Assembly: GCA_964395805.1 (NCBI GenBank)
Contig: CAYNDG010000001.1
Coordinates: forward strand, 1 to 42,778
From: an uncultured Brevundimonas sp.
GTDB taxonomy: Bacteria; Pseudomonadota; Alphaproteobacteria; Caulobacterales; Caulobacteraceae
Direction of reading: 5' to 3'
Length of the DNA stretch: 42,778 nucleotides
In this document: positions 27,128 to 35,509 of the stretch, one piece after another
Layout of the letters: the number at the start of each line of letters is the position of its first letter
Position numbering within the stretch: the first letter of the stretch is position 1
Notes under the pieces: generated by a model
Told to the model about the DNA's origin: nothing
The model's database searches: none
What the model saw: only the letters and a program-made list of their open reading frames with translations
Position numbers and translations under genes: made by a program

Positions 27128-27342
27128 TCGCCCCTCTCGATCTCGGTCGCCAGATCGCGGAGCTGCTTGACCAGTTCGGCCTTGGGCAGAAACTCACGGG
27201 CGACAAGGGCGAAGGCGCGGACCATCAGCCGGGCGGTTTCCTTGGGGCTTCCGGTAGAGCAGGACGTGATGGCGTTAAGGGCGCGCTCGGTCAGCCTGGT
27301 ATAGGCTGTGGAGATGTTGGTGATGTTGGCAGGGGCGGTCAT
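27124..27342 (-). CDS. hypothetical protein
   Basis: coupled to both neighbours. Confidence 0.6.
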   Translation of the reverse strand: MTAPANITNISTAYTRLTERALNAITSCSTGSPKETARLMVRAFALVAREFLPKAELVKQLRDLATEIERGE

Positions 27343-27698
27343 TCAGCAACCCCGCGATAAACAGCGTCCCAAAGCTCATCCCAACGAGCCGGGCGGCCCA
27401 TCTCTTTAGCCTCGGCGTTGAGCCTCCGCAGGCTGCGCATAACCGCCTCTGTCACTTCCTCGGCAGTCTTCCCGGGAAGCGTCTCTCCAAGCAGCTCAAT
27501 GGCGCGGGCGCGGCAATACATCTTCCGGATGAAGCCCTTGTCCTGAAGGGCCTCGACCAGCCCCGCGACGCCAGACTTCGACGCCAGATTGAGCGCTGCC
27601 TTCATCTCATCGTAGGACGGGGAGCGACCGCCATTGTCGCGGGCATAGGTGCGCAGGTATTCAAGCAAATCCTGCTGGCGCTTGGTCAGGCCCATCAT
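27339..27698 (-). CDS. LexA DNA-binding-domain protein (no peptidase domain)
   Basis: 'LTKRQQDLL...SPSYDEMKAALNLASKSGV...ARAIEL'. Confidence 0.85.
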   Translation of the reverse strand: MMGLTKRQQDLLEYLRTYARDNGGRSPSYDEMKAALNLASKSGVAGLVEALQDKGFIRKMYCRARAIELLGETLPGKTAEEVTEAVMRSLRRLNAEAKEMGRPARWDELWDAVYRGVAE

Positions 27699-28312
27699 GC
27701 TGCCTGCCTCCCGCTGTCCCACGGGGTCCGGATCATCACCGGCTTCTGCTTGGGGTCTTCCTGCACGTCGTCGAACCCGCGCACGGTGATGTTGCCGCCG
27801 CGACCGACGAAGATCACTTTCGAGTGGCCTTCGCAGTAAACGCCCCGGGCAATCGGGTTGCAGCAGAACAAGCCGCCTTCGAGGGGCCATTTGCACCCGG
27901 TAGCCTCACCGAACGGGCGGGCATTGAGGCTGACCACGCCCGCGCCGCTATCGACACGCTGAATGGCCGACATACCCTCCTTGCGCCGCTTCTCACGGCC
28001 CTTGGCAGCGGTCTCGGGGTTCTCCTTGTAGTCGTAGCCAACGGCGCGGAGCTTGCCCGGCTTGGTCATCTTGTGCGTCCGGACGCGAGCCTCGGACACC
28101 TTGGCCCGGGCAGCGCGTTGCTTGGCAGTCGAGGGGCGCTTCGGCGTTCCGGCAGGACGACCGACAAGCTCTGAAATGCCCTCGCGGTGAATCTTGCCGA
28201 TCACCGAGTTGCGGGTCCGTCCCGGGAGGACGCGAGCGATCTCCGAACAGGAATGGCCGTCGCGCCACATACGTTCGAGGATGCTGATCTCATATGCGGT
28301 CCACTCGCTCAT
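27695..28312 (-). CDS. gcrA: GcrA-family cell-cycle regulator
   Basis: 'WT..E...L..MW.DG.S.SEIA..L.G.TRNSVIGKIHR' and C-terminal 'CKWP...FC...YCEGH'. Confidence 0.85.
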   Translation of the reverse strand: MSEWTAYEISILERMWRDGHSCSEIARVLPGRTRNSVIGKIHREGISELVGRPAGTPKRPSTAKQRAARAKVSEARVRTHKMTKPGKLRAVGYDYKENPETAAKGREKRRKEGMSAIQRVDSGAGVVSLNARPFGEATGCKWPLEGGLFCCNPIARGVYCEGHSKVIFVGRGGNITVRGFDDVQEDPKQKPVMIRTPWDSGRQAA

Positions 28313-28671
28313 TCCACACCCCTTGCGCGCATCGGAACGGACCAGCCCTTGAGCGTGGTCAGAACCTCATCCAGTGACCGGCAGACGGCATAGAGCGCGC
28401 CCTTCGCGGTGGCGGATTCCTGAAAGGCTTTCTGCGAGGGCGACTGACGGCCCTTGCCTGCCTTGAGTTCAATGAAAGCGGCCCGGCCTTCGGACAGGAC
28501 GAAGCACAGGTCAGCGACACCGGGCATCACGCCCATGTCTTTCAGCTTGCGGGCCTCGGCGGGGTGACGGCTGCCGCCGTTCGCCGCGTGATACACAAGG
28601 CAGTCCGGGGCCACGATCTTGAGCGCACGGACGACCTGCATTTGGAGGATGTCTTCGGGACCGGCCATCAA
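28309..28671 (-). CDS. VRR-NUC nuclease
   Basis: 'GVMPGVADL...FIELK...GRQSPSQ'. Confidence 0.9.
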   Translation of the reverse strand: MMAGPEDILQMQVVRALKIVAPDCLVYHAANGGSRHPAEARKLKDMGVMPGVADLCFVLSEGRAAFIELKAGKGRQSPSQKAFQESATAKGALYAVCRSLDEVLTTLKGWSVPMRARGVE

Positions 28672-30086
28672 GCCATCTCCACTCTGTTAGCGATTACGCG
28701 CCGCACGTCTTCCATGCTGACGCCAAGGATTTGCGAGATGTTCTGAGACCCGATGCGCTTATCGTGCAGGCGCAAGACCTCTGCATGATCGACCCGGTGC
28801 CGTCGTGCGGACGCGAAGAACACGGCGCGGGACGCAGGAGTTGAGCTTCGCGAGGCGGGGCGGCGGTCAGAGGTGCGCCCCACGAGCGGAACCGCATCAA
28901 CCTTCTTGACGGTCGGGGTCTTTACCGGCGCGGCCTCTTTCGGTTGCGGAACCCGCTCCGCTTCGGAGAGCCGGTATTCTGACGGCTTGAGCGGGCTGCC
29001 CGGGATGACGGTCAGGAGCCCCCGCTTCTCAAGCTCATAGACCGCAAAGCCCATTGACCCGGCGGGAACGCCGCTGCCCTTGGCCAGCTCCTTGAGGCTG
29101 GCGCACACCGTCCCCTCCACCGCCGATCCACGGCGCACAGACTCTGCCTTGAGGAAGTCGAGAAGCTGCTGAGCGCGAGGTCCGGGGGGCGCGTCGAAAG
29201 AAATGGGTCGATAGTTTGAGTTGACCTTTCGTGCCTCGACAGGAGCGGGGGCGGCGGGAGCATCTTCCGGCTTCTTCTGAGCCCGCTTGCCGGTCGCCAG
29301 CTTCCTGCCATGCCGGAGGAACCCAATGGGCTTGTCGCGGGCGCTATCAGCCCAGCACAGACCGCACGTCGCACAAGCCTCTGTGGCCTTGGTCTGGGCC
29401 GGGCACATAATCGCGCCCGCCGCATCACCGGTCTCTGCGTCATCCACGACTAGCGTTGTAGAGCGAGCCTCGACCCCACCAGACGTGCGGATGGCGAACC
29501 GCGACCATGCGCCGTCGGTCAGAACCTTGATGGCCCGCGCAATGCGGCGGCTTTCATCGTCGCCAGCGTCCGTGCAATGGGCCGTGTAGCCAAAGGCGTG
29601 AAGCTGAGGAAACTCGCGAAGCAGTGATGCCCAGATGTAAACATACTCAGGGGAGTAGAAGTCTCCGAGCGAGTGAAGCCGGATCAACAATCCCTCTGGA
29701 TGCTGGCGCGCCAAGGTGATAACCTCGGCGATCAAGTATCGCTCGAAGTCCTTGTCAGGAGTGTGCCGCCGAGAGAACGGCATAGAGTTGCCGTAGCAAC
29801 TATCCCATTGCAGGCAGGAGCGCGGGCAAGTGGCGCGTTCCTCTAGGGCGAGGTGGTAGATCGGCCATCCCTTGCGCGGCCCCTTGGTAACGGCTTTGCC
29901 CAGCTTCGGGTTATTGTGGCCAGACACGAGAAAGCGAGGGCTGTCCTTTGAGGCGGTCACAGTCGCCTTGAAAATCGTCCGGCCTTCGCTCAGCGCCGGG
30001 TGACCGGCGGGCAAGGGAACGACCCGCTCCGGCTCAATAGCGGCGGAGTCAAAGCGACGGAGAGAATGGCTGTGACCGCCCGCCAT
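28668..30086 (-). CDS. GP88-like Cys-rich (Fe-S) protein fused to HTH domains
   Basis: 'TCPRSC...CYG', 'RLHSLGDF', 'CPAQ...CATCGLCW', then wHTH-like and HTH segments. Confidence 0.7.
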   Translation of the reverse strand: MAGGHSHSLRRFDSAAIEPERVVPLPAGHPALSEGRTIFKATVTASKDSPRFLVSGHNNPKLGKAVTKGPRKGWPIYHLALEERATCPRSCLQWDSCYGNSMPFSRRHTPDKDFERYLIAEVITLARQHPEGLLIRLHSLGDFYSPEYVYIWASLLREFPQLHAFGYTAHCTDAGDDESRRIARAIKVLTDGAWSRFAIRTSGGVEARSTTLVVDDAETGDAAGAIMCPAQTKATEACATCGLCWADSARDKPIGFLRHGRKLATGKRAQKKPEDAPAAPAPVEARKVNSNYRPISFDAPPGPRAQQLLDFLKAESVRRGSAVEGTVCASLKELAKGSGVPAGSMGFAVYELEKRGLLTVIPGSPLKPSEYRLSEAERVPQPKEAAPVKTPTVKKVDAVPLVGRTSDRRPASRSSTPASRAVFFASARRHRVDHAEVLRLHDKRIGSQNISQILGVSMEDVRRVIANRVEMA

Positions 30087-30298
30087 TATGCGCCCCGGCC
30101 CTGCGGAAAGACCTCGGCCTCAAGCCGGGCGTGAAGCTCATCCCGCTTCGGATTGGTCGGGGCCTTGCGGACGTGGGGCTTGACCATGACGACGCGGCGG
30201 AGACCAAGGGCCGTCGCCAGTTCATCGTCGGTGAAGGTCTTGGGCGCGGGGGCGGGGGCGGGCTTGGGGGCCAGCCAGTTGATGAGGGTGCGGATCAT
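30086..30298 (-). CDS. hypothetical protein
   Basis: coupled small ORF. Confidence 0.6.
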   Translation of the reverse strand: MIRTLINWLAPKPAPAPAPKTFTDDELATALGLRRVVMVKPHVRKAPTNPKRDELHARLEAEVFPQGRGA

Positions 30299-30933
30299 GC
30301 GGCGATCCTTTCGTCCGATTGTTCGGCAATCTGCCTGTCCACGCGGTCCCAGATCGCGCGGTAGGCTTCGGGGGGCAGAACGTCGCGGGCGGCTTCGATA
30401 AAGCGGCGCTCCCTCACCTCTTCCCTTTTCCGCAGGGCCTCGATTTTCGCGGCTCGGCGATCTTCGGCCTGACGGATCATCAGTTCATGGCGAGCGGCTT
30501 TGAGGCGCTTGAGCGTCACGGCGACCGAGGCCAACCACGCGTCGTCGCGCGCGCCAACCTGGGATCGCGCAATTTCGTCTATCCTGTCAGCTTCGACGGC
30601 TTCGATAGTCCTGACGATGCCCTCTAAGGTGTCAGGAATTTCGCCATCGAGAGCTGCTTGCGTGAGCGGGTTGCGCTCGATCCAGCGCGGCTCGATAGCA
30701 GCGGCGGTGCCTTCAAGAGCCTTGAGGCGGCGCTCGATGCGGCCCGCAAGGTATTTATGGAACGCCAGCGCATTGATCGCGCGACGCTCCCAATCGTCGG
30801 TATCGTCGCGGAATTCGAGGTCGGTCTCGATCTTGGCAATCGCCCGCGCGATTTGATCCATCCAGCCGTCGAGAACGGCGGAGTCAGTCTCAGCGGCGAT
30901 CTGTTCTCTGGTCGGAAGGGCGTCCATCCTCAA
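30295..30933 (-). CDS. hypothetical helical protein
   Basis: 212 aa, coupled; ends 'FIEAARDVLP'. Confidence 0.7.
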   Translation of the reverse strand: MRMDALPTREQIAAETDSAVLDGWMDQIARAIAKIETDLEFRDDTDDWERRAINALAFHKYLAGRIERRLKALEGTAAAIEPRWIERNPLTQAALDGEIPDTLEGIVRTIEAVEADRIDEIARSQVGARDDAWLASVAVTLKRLKAARHELMIRQAEDRRAAKIEALRKREEVRERRFIEAARDVLPPEAYRAIWDRVDRQIAEQSDERIAA

Positions 30934-31394
30934 GCCCCCTTCATCTTGATAACCGGGGCGAGCGGCTTGGCGACCGTGGCGCGGGCCTCGGCTACCTCTT
31001 GCAGCAGCTCATCCAGCTTGGCCTCGAAAGCGCCCTTCGATCCGTTCGCGCCGTTCATGTGCGCCATTGCGATGGGACCGAGTTCAACAGCCACCCGGGC
31101 AACATCCATCGACTCCCGCAGGGGACAGGCGTTTGCCGGAACCTTCGGAGGGGCCACCATGTCAGCAAGGGCTTGGAAGACGACCGAGCGACCGAGGGCC
31201 TGTTCAAGGGTCCACACATGGTCCCAGGTCGGCACGTCGGCGGCGTGTTCGGGGTTGGCGCTGGCCAGATAGCCGACATACTGACGGCTCACGTCCAGAT
31301 AGCTTGCGGCGGCTTCCTGTGTGCCAATGGCGCGGACCAGCTTGGCAAACAGGGCCTTGAGGTTTTTCCTGTCGAAAGGGCCGTTTTCGTTCAT
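30930..31394 (-). CDS. CII-like regulatory protein
   Basis: HTH-like 'TQEAAASYLDVSRQYV', located after cro. Confidence 0.55.
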   Translation of the reverse strand: MNENGPFDRKNLKALFAKLVRAIGTQEAAASYLDVSRQYVGYLASANPEHAADVPTWDHVWTLEQALGRSVVFQALADMVAPPKVPANACPLRESMDVARVAVELGPIAMAHMNGANGSKGAFEAKLDELLQEVAEARATVAKPLAPVIKMKGA

Positions 31395-31465
31395 TGCGAA
31401 AATCCTTCGGGTTGCAAGGTGACCCCTTGACCCGCCCCGGCTAGGTTTGGGTCATGGAGGAGGGA

Positions 31466-31588
31466 TTAGAGAGGGTCGTCAGGCGGGGGGTTCAGGGATG
31501 CGCGCCCCGCCTTGTCGATCACGGCGAAGAGAACGGCAGCGCCGACGCCGACAGCGATGGCCAGCACAAGAAGCGCCGCGCCGCTCAC
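31466..31588 (-). CDS. small membrane protein (40 aa, not in the ORF track)
   Basis: GTGA overlap with the cro stop; MSGAALLVLAIAVGVGAAVLFAVIDK... Confidence 0.55.
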   Translation of the reverse strand: MSGAALLVLAIAVGVGAAVLFAVIDKAGRASLNPPPDDPL

Positions 31589-31803
31589 GCTGCTTTCCCC
31601 TGTGTGTCTGGCTTGGCGACGGCGGCGGCCAGCTCTTCGAGGGTGGCCCAGCCAAGCGAGGCCACGCGCACCCAGCGTTCTGCCGGGATGCGGTTCCTCA
31701 ATCGCCAGTCGCGCACGTTGAAAGGCTTGGCGTCGCCGCCGATGGCCTCAGCCACCTCTTCGTCACGGCCCGCCTGTGAGATGATCGTTTGATGGTCACG
31801 CAT
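31585..31803 (-). CDS. Cro-like repressor
   Basis: 72 aa, 'VRDWRLRNRIPAERW', divergent from cI. Confidence 0.8.
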   Translation of the reverse strand: MRDHQTIISQAGRDEEVAEAIGGDAKPFNVRDWRLRNRIPAERWVRVASLGWATLEELAAAVAKPDTQGKAA

Positions 31804-31809
31804 AAGACA

Positions 31810-31851
31810 GGGATAGCGGATTGCTATGCGTTTGTCAAAGCCAATCGCTAT
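31810..31851 (-). promoter_or_regulatory. PR/OR: promoter with operator sites
   Basis: TTGACA-N17-TATCCC; operators ATAGC-N5-GCTAT at 31813-31827 and a variant at 31837-31851. Confidence 0.8.
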
Positions 31852-31875
31852 GCCGATCCTGATATATCGCCGCTC

Positions 31876-32571
31876 ATGAAAAAGGCTCACGAAAGACTAC
31901 GGGCGGCGCGGATCGCAGCGGGATACGACAGCGCAGCGGAGGCGGCTCGCGCTATGGGCGAGCATCCGCAGAATGTTAGGGATCAAGAGGCGAACCGGCG
32001 TGGCATATCGCCGGAATGGGCTGAGAAATACGCCAAGCTCTACGGCGTTTCAGCCAGCCACATACTGTTTGGCGCGGGCCATGCGTCCGACTCTGGCGTG
32101 ACGAACGTGGAAGATGTTCGCATGGTGGGGGTTATCGGGGAGGTAAGAGCAGGCGTGTTTGCAGAGGTCCCAGATCACGAGCCGGAGCCTTGGGGCCATG
32201 TCCCCGTGTCGCTGCCAGAATATGCCCGAGCGCAGCTTTTTGCCTTACAGGTCGTCGGGCGCTCTATGGATCGGTTTTACCCTGACGGTTCAACGGTCGT
32301 CGTCTGCCCCGCGCACGAGGCCGGGGTGCGCGAGGGCGATCACGTTGTGGTCCGTCGCTGGCGCGGCGGCCTTGCGGAGACAACGCTTAAGGAGGTTGTC
32401 GCCAGCACGAAAGGCGTTGAGCTGTGGCCCCGCTCAACTGATCCGGCCTATCAAGAGCCGATCCGACTGGCTACAGTGCGCGATGCCGACCAGGGACCGG
32501 AAATAATCGGGGTTGTGGTTGGCTTCTTCATGGGCAGGCCGGGACGTTCTGGCCCGCTGCTGAATCTATAG
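31876..32571 (+). CDS. cI: CI repressor (XRE HTH + S24 peptidase)
   Basis: N-terminal HTH, Ala-Gly site 'VRAG', Ser motif 'GRSM', Lys motif 'TLKE'. Confidence 0.92.
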   Translation: MKKAHERLRAARIAAGYDSAAEAARAMGEHPQNVRDQEANRRGISPEWAEKYAKLYGVSASHILFGAGHASDSGVTNVEDVRMVGVIGEVRAGVFAEVPDHEPEPWGHVPVSLPEYARAQLFALQVVGRSMDRFYPDGSTVVVCPAHEAGVREGDHVVVRRWRGGLAETTLKEVVASTKGVELWPRSTDPAYQEPIRLATVRDADQGPEIIGVVVGFFMGRPGRSGPLLNL

Positions 32572-32580
32572 GAGAGGCGG

Positions 32581-33018
32581 ATGCGTATTCTGACAGTGGC
32601 GGCCTGCATGGGGGCGCTGGCGCTCGCCGGGTGCGGGGCGGGGTTTGCCCGGCTGGGCACCTATGGAAACGACCGGGCCGACGCCAAGACCCGCGTTGAT
32701 GGCCGGGAATACGCAATCCACGTCCACCCCGAGGACAACACGCTGCTTATTCAGCGCGGGTTCGGTGCGGCAATGGGTCAAAGTCTGGTCGGGGGCGCGA
32801 CCTTCGGCGCAGTCAACATGACCGAGCCGATGCCGGTCTGGCGCGCGGCGGCCCGCTGGCTTCTGGACCCGGCAGGCTGCGAGGTGGTCGAGATGTATCA
32901 GCTTGAGCGCATCAGCTACGAGGCGGTGTATACCTGCCCCGCCGGGGTTGATCTGCGAAAGATGGTGAACGACCAGCGCGACCGGCTGCGGAACGGCCTT
33001 CCCCTAATCCCCGAGTAG
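32581..33018 (+). CDS. lipoprotein, candidate superinfection exclusion
   Basis: signal peptide with lipobox LAGC; directly downstream of cI. Confidence 0.65.
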   Translation: MRILTVAACMGALALAGCGAGFARLGTYGNDRADAKTRVDGREYAIHVHPEDNTLLIQRGFGAAMGQSLVGGATFGAVNMTEPMPVWRAAARWLLDPAGCEVVEMYQLERISYEAVYTCPAGVDLRKMVNDQRDRLRNGLPLIPE

Positions 33019-33031
33019 CAAACGCCCGCGA

Positions 33032-33104
33032 ATAGCGATGCGTTACGTCGCGTCTCAATGCATAGCTTTTTGCTATTGACGCCCGCATAGCAATCCGCTA
33101 TCAC
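33032..33104 (+). promoter_or_regulatory. PL/OL: promoter with operator sites
   Basis: TTGACG-N17-TATCAC; 33084-33102 is the exact 19-bp inverse of 31812-31830; further ATAGC-N5-GCTAT-type sites at 33062 and 33032. Confidence 0.85.
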
Positions 33105-33141
33105 TCTCCCCATACGAGGCCCTGCCCGATGGAGAGAGACG

Positions 33142-33372
33142 ATGAACAAGGACCGTCGCAAACAGATTGACGAAGCGCTGGCACTGCTGGAGCGGGCGCA
33201 AGGCCTCATTGAGGAAATCCACGACGACGAAAGCGAGGCCTACGAAGGCCTGCCGGAAAGCCTGCAAAACGGCGACCGCGGTCAAGTCATGCAGGAGGCC
33301 ATCGACAACCTGTCGGAGGCGCGCGACGGCTTGGACGACCTGATGGATCGCCTGCGGGATGCCGCTCAATGA
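33142..33372 (+). CDS. conserved acidic phage protein
   Basis: 'MNKDRRK...LPESLQ...G', first gene after PL. Confidence 0.75.
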   Translation: MNKDRRKQIDEALALLERAQGLIEEIHDDESEAYEGLPESLQNGDRGQVMQEAIDNLSEARDGLDDLMDRLRDAAQ

Positions 33373-33848
33373 TCCCCGCCCTCGCACAACACCCCGCCCC
33401 GATGGCCGACGCGGCCCGAGGCTTTAGCGGCAGGCCCTACCTGTTCAAGGGCTGCACCGAGTCGATGGACAACTTCGGCCTGATCCGCGCTTGCGTGGCG
33501 AAGGCGACGGGTGCCGATCTGGACAGTGTGCCCGACGTGGCGCGGGAAACCCCCGACTGGACGGAAGCTGTGACCTATTCGGTCTGCGCCCGCTGGCTTC
33601 GTGACATGGGAATGCATCGCGTTCCGATCACCCAAGTCCGCGTCGGTGACGTGCTGATCTTCCACATGGCCGAGGACACGTCAGGCGTTCATGTCGCGGT
33701 CCTGACGGAAACCGCTGGCCCTGAATGGCAGATGGTTCATGCCTATTGGGGACGAGCGGTCATCACGTCATGGGCGGGCCGGTGGATGCCGAAGCTGGTT
33801 GCAGCATACCGGCTGGACCCGGCTCCGGCGATGCGGAGGGCGGCATGA
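33369..33848 (+). CDS. NlpC/P60-like protein lacking the catalytic Cys
   Basis: 'GRPY...MDNFGLIR', 'GDVLIF', 'HVAVL', 'MVHAY'. Confidence 0.7.
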   Translation: MIPALAQHPAPMADAARGFSGRPYLFKGCTESMDNFGLIRACVAKATGADLDSVPDVARETPDWTEAVTYSVCARWLRDMGMHRVPITQVRVGDVLIFHMAEDTSGVHVAVLTETAGPEWQMVHAYWGRAVITSWAGRWMPKLVAAYRLDPAPAMRRAA

Positions 33849-34009
33849 CCTACACCGGCATCATGGGCGCCTCTCTCGGCAATGGTCGAGACGGCTGGGT
33901 CTTCTACTTCCGGGGCCGTCGCCTTGGACCTTTCACACAACGCAACCGGGCTGAGGAAGTCCAACAACTGGCTTGGCGTGAAGAGCGCCGGGCGAAGGAG
34001 AATGGATGA
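33845..34009 (+). CDS. hypothetical protein
   Basis: ATGA-coupled; 'GPFTQRNRAE'. Confidence 0.6.
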   Translation: MTYTGIMGASLGNGRDGWVFYFRGRRLGPFTQRNRAEEVQQLAWREERRAKENG

Positions 34010-34287
34010 TGGGTGGATATACCAAAGGCTGGAGGGTTTCACCGACCGACGACACTGTCGTCATTGATGTAGACCGGAACATCGTGGCCGAGATTTCTGG
34101 AGACTATAATCACCCCGATACGTGGCCGATTATGGAAGCCAATGCCCGCCTGATCGCCGCCGCGCCTGATCTGTATGAGGCGCTTCAAGGCCTTCTGAAA
34201 AAGCACCGCGCACACGTCCGGTCGTTCGACTGTCCGCTTGTCGCTGCTGCCGAAGCCGCCCTCTCCAAAGCAGGAGAGCAATCATGA
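34006..34287 (+). CDS. hypothetical phage protein
   Basis: common phage motif 'ANARLIAAAPDLYEAL'. Confidence 0.75.
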   Translation: MMGGYTKGWRVSPTDDTVVIDVDRNIVAEISGDYNHPDTWPIMEANARLIAAAPDLYEALQGLLKKHRAHVRSFDCPLVAAAEAALSKAGEQS

Positions 34288-34631
34288 GCGGGGAGATCAA
34301 GAACGCCGTCATCAAGTCCGCCGTTATCGACATGGGTGACCGGGGCCTGCTGACCGCATGGCTGCACTTGGATTACGGCGGCTCCGGTCAGGGCTTTGGG
34401 GGCTATGCCCTCTACCTGCCCAAGTCGTTCAGCCATCACAGCATCGATTCTTGCGCGGGTCATTTCCTGTTCCGCTGCATGGAGGTGGCTGGCGTCGAAA
34501 AGTGGTCCGACCTGCCCGGCAAGACGGTTCGGGTGCGGGCCACTCACACCGGCGTCGAGGCTATCGGGCACATCGTCAAGGATGACTGGTTCTGCCCGGC
34601 TGACGACTTCGCAAATGGAGAGCAATCATGA
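34284..34631 (+). CDS. hypothetical phage protein
   Basis: 'GQGFGGY...GVEKWSDLPGK'; flanked by a 22-bp direct repeat. Confidence 0.75.
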   Translation: MSGEIKNAVIKSAVIDMGDRGLLTAWLHLDYGGSGQGFGGYALYLPKSFSHHSIDSCAGHFLFRCMEVAGVEKWSDLPGKTVRVRATHTGVEAIGHIVKDDWFCPADDFANGEQS

Positions 34632-34939
34632 GCGGGGAACTTTCCTGCTGCCCCTTCTGTGGGCAGGCTCCTACGTCGTTTCCGAGCGGCGACGGCGCCG
34701 GCGTCATGGTCCAGTGCATCACGCCCGGCTGCGTCAATCCGCACGTTTCATATTACGGCGATGGCGTGGCGTTCGAGAAATGGAACCGCCGCGCTCCCGA
34801 CCAATCCGCTGAACTGGTCAGTGAGCTGGTGGAACGGCTGAAACTGGCGCGCACCGCCCTCGTCGCTCAAGGCACATCGCCTACCGCGCGCGGCATTGCG
34901 GACATCGACGCCACCCTCGCCAAGGCAGGGGGTGCGTGA
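34628..34939 (+). CDS. Lar-like (restriction alleviation) zinc-finger protein
   Basis: 'CPFCG...C...C...WNRRA'. Confidence 0.7.
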   Translation: MSGELSCCPFCGQAPTSFPSGDGAGVMVQCITPGCVNPHVSYYGDGVAFEKWNRRAPDQSAELVSELVERLKLARTALVAQGTSPTARGIADIDATLAKAGGA

Positions 34940-35052
34940 TGCATCGCCTCACCTTCCGCCAGTGCGTCGGGATAGCGGTCGGGGTCTGCCTGACCGTCGC
35001 CGGTCTCTTCGCCTCACTCGTCAACCTGATTTGGAATGGAGCGGTCCTGTGA
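34939..35052 (+). CDS. small membrane protein (37 aa, not in the ORF track)
   Basis: TGATG-coupled; MHRLTFRQCVGIAVGVCLTVAGLFASLVNLIWNGAVL. Confidence 0.55.
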   Translation: MHRLTFRQCVGIAVGVCLTVAGLFASLVNLIWNGAVL

Positions 35053-35231
35053 CCCACCCCCTCGGCATGACCAACAACCCGGAATGGGACGGCGTTCGCG
35101 CCCGCATGGCTGAACTGCATATCGCAGACGACCTTCGCCAGCGTGAGACCCGCCGTCGCTTCGGCCCCGTGTCCTTTGCAATCGCAATGGTGGTCCTGGT
35201 TGCCATCGCTGCTGTGATCGGAGCGGGGTGA
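35049..35231 (+). CDS. small membrane protein
   Basis: GTGA-coupled, C-terminal TM segment. Confidence 0.55.
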   Translation: MTHPLGMTNNPEWDGVRARMAELHIADDLRQRETRRRFGPVSFAIAMVVLVAIAAVIGAG

Positions 35232-35509
35232 TGGGGGACTTTCACAGCAGGCTATCGTCTCTGCTTGCGGCGGAGGCGTCGGAGGCCAGTAAGTGCCCCG
35301 ACCGAGCCGAACGCATGGGCGATATGATCGAGGCCCTCGCTCGCGGTCTTGGCTTTTCCGTCGCTATTGCCACGAACGGCGATCCCTCTGGCACTGAAAC
35401 AATGATCGCGGCTGCCGAGCGATACGCCCTTGAGGAGGCTGCGAGCAAAGCGTCGTTCGCGCGCTTCATGGCGCTTGCCCGAGCAAACCAGAACGCAGGA
35501 GCGGGGTGA
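35228..35509 (+). CDS. hypothetical protein
   Basis: coupled; flanked by a 16-bp direct repeat. Confidence 0.65.
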   Translation: MMGDFHSRLSSLLAAEASEASKCPDRAERMGDMIEALARGLGFSVAIATNGDPSGTETMIAAAERYALEEAASKASFARFMALARANQNAGAG

